Assembly: GCA_964493895.1 (NCBI GenBank)
Contig: CAZBPY010000002.1
Span: 67,351-131,350 of the forward strand
DNA length: 64,000 nt
DNA from: an uncultured Candidatus Saccharibacteria bacterium
Lineage (GTDB): Bacteria; Patescibacteriota; Saccharimonadia; Saccharimonadales; JAGQNJ01
Direction: 5' to 3'
The notes beneath the pieces are model-generated. The model was not told where the DNA came from. It made no database searches and worked only from the letters and a program-made list of their open reading frames with translations. Positions within the stretch are counted from its first letter, which is position 1; every line of letters starts with the position of its first letter. The position numbers and the translations under genes are program-made. Below are positions 62,751 to 64,000 of the stretch, piece by piece.

Positions 62751-63568
62751 GAGTCTATTGTAACTAATTCGGCTTCGACCAGGGCTAGGTACCAGATCAA
62801 AGTTACAGTTTGAGCAATTGTCGGGCACAATTTGTGGCGAGTATCGTAAATTAGTTTGGTGCTCCAGCCGCGCTTTAAATAGCGTTCGTACATGTCCAGC
62901 ACAGCAATTTCGCGGGCAGCTCGGCGAAAAATTTCTAACGGACCCAACTCTTTGGCTTCTTCAAGCCGATCAGGCGTGGGAATGGCATCATTTAGGCTAA
63001 GTGGCTTTAATATTGAAGCCACTCCCATTTCAAATAATAAATGGGTGCTTAAGAGGCCGCGGGCACCGATGTACTTCCAGGTCTTTTTGGCTCGTTCGCG
63101 ACGGGTTTGACCTGGCGGTACCATCTTTTTCAGCCGCGTATCGCGGTCAAGGTTGCGAGACTGCCACAACTCTTCAACTTTTTGTTCATATGGATAATGG
63201 TGAGCCGGGGTCAAGCCATCGACAATGGCATGCGCCAGCCAAGCGGCTTCAAAAGCTGTGCGTTCAGGGTCTCCCTCTTTTAATTCCGTTACTAGACTGT
63301 CGAAATGACTTTGGATTAGGTAGATGATCTGGGAATCATTCTTATCAAACGGACTGTAATAGTGCCAAGGTTCATCCTTGGACGGACTTTTCAGCTTGAT
63401 AGCATCCGGCCCTTTGTGTCCCTCGAACTGTAAGATGCGTGAAGCTTTTGGAAAAGGCACGTCATCACCTAAAATTTTGGCTAGATGCGCCCGGGCAACG
63501 CGGTCAAATTTCTGGTGCGCGCCCATAACACGACCTGAGACTTTAGTAAGTGAAGTTCCTGAATACAT
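62747..63568 (-). CDS. hypothetical protein, possibly zinc-dependent phospholipase C / P1-nuclease superfamily
   Basis: 273-aa ORF in which WHYYSPF and AAWLAHAIVDGLTPAHH resemble the SHFYDP and LHYLGDxxxPxH motifs of that superfamily. An alternative start is ATG 63526. Confidence 0.5.
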   Translation of the reverse strand: MYSGTSLTKVSGRVMGAHQKFDRVARAHLAKILGDDVPFPKASRILQFEGHKGPDAIKLKSPSKDEPWHYYSPFDKNDSQIIYLIQSHFDSLVTELKEGDPERTAFEAAWLAHAIVDGLTPAHHYPYEQKVEELWQSRNLDRDTRLKKMVPPGQTRRERAKKTWKYIGARGLLSTHLLFEMGVASILKPLSLNDAIPTPDRLEEAKELGPLEIFRRAAREIAVLDMYERYLKRGWSTKLIYDTRHKLCPTIAQTVTLIWYLALVEAELVTIDS

Positions 63569-63590
63569 GATTGGTTGGCTTTTTGGGAAG

Positions 63591-64000
63591 CTAATTCAAA
63601 TGAACGATTTTCTGCAATGTTTGTATACGTTCTTTCAGTCGAGGATATTGTAGCAGATGTCGGTCTTTTTTGATAGTCAAAGCTGCCGCCTGTCGGGCCT
63701 GTTTGATTAGCTTTGTATCTGTTAAATTAGCCATTCTAAGGTCCAATGCACCGTGTTGAGCTGTGCCGTAAATCGCGCCGGGACCGCGAATTTCTAAGTC
63801 CAATTCAGCCAGTCGGAAACCATCATTGTTCTGTTCGATGGCCCGCAGGCGGCGGCTGGGCGGCTGGTCATCAGACAGCAGCAAATAGCAGTGGCCCTGG
63901 TGTTCGCCGCGACCCACTCGCCCCCTTAATTGGTGGATCTGAGCTAATCCAAATCTCTCTGGTGCCTCAATGCACATCATGGTAGCGTTGGGTACATCAA
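63591..64000 (-). CDS. recG: ATP-dependent DNA helicase RecG, C-terminal part (5' end beyond window)
   Basis: The frame stays open to the window edge (...DVPNATMMCIEAPERFGLAQIHQLRGRVGRG). Confidence 0.88.
   Translation of the reverse strand, partial: DVPNATMMCIEAPERFGLAQIHQLRGRVGRGEHQGHCYLLLSDDQPPSRRLRAIEQNNDGFRLAELDLEIRGPGAIYGTAQHGALDLRMANLTDTKLIKQARQAAALTIKKDRHLLQYPRLKERIQTLQKIVHLN

Overview
This is a 64-kb, gene-dense bacterial core-genome window, almost entirely on the minus strand and read in the standard code (TGA is used as a stop). It holds a roughly 29-kb same-strand translation/transcription super-operon (rpoB-rpoC-rpsL-rpsG-fusA-tuf-S10-spc-alpha-rplM-rpsI). A second cluster runs rpmG ... 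secE-nusG-rplK-rplA ... rplJ-rplL. Also present are replication and repair genes (dnaX, dnaB, ybaB, recR, holB, recG), tig, clpP, hisS, trpS, pheA, 5 tRNAs, one GH10 xylanase (the only large plus-strand gene) and about 20 lineage-specific small ORFs. I saw no rRNA, CRISPR array, transposase or integrase. The missing L30, the Lys/Ala-tailed ribosomal proteins and the compactness suggest a reduced-genome CPR/Patescibacteria (Saccharibacteria-like) organism; this is inference only. The main second-look items are: (1) Leaderless mini-ORFs start 8-10 nt after -10 boxes and overlap terminator/antiterminator hairpins. One has a His-codon run ahead of a GNAT / AstE-like / hisS operon, and one has Phe-Trp-Phe codons ahead of pheA-trpS. 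(2) Two apparent paralogous small-protein families are wedged, translationally coupled, into normally contiguous gene pairs (rplB|rpsS, rpsG|fusA, fusA|tuf, nusG|rplK). (3) Zinc-ligand cysteines are lost colinearly in RpoC, L36, RecR and DnaX. (4) A perfect CIRCE operator sits on a leaderless clpP promoter. (5) A Tmk-ThyX fusion plus Dcd is inserted inside the rplKAJL cluster. All homology statements are by-eye motif recognition; no database search was run.
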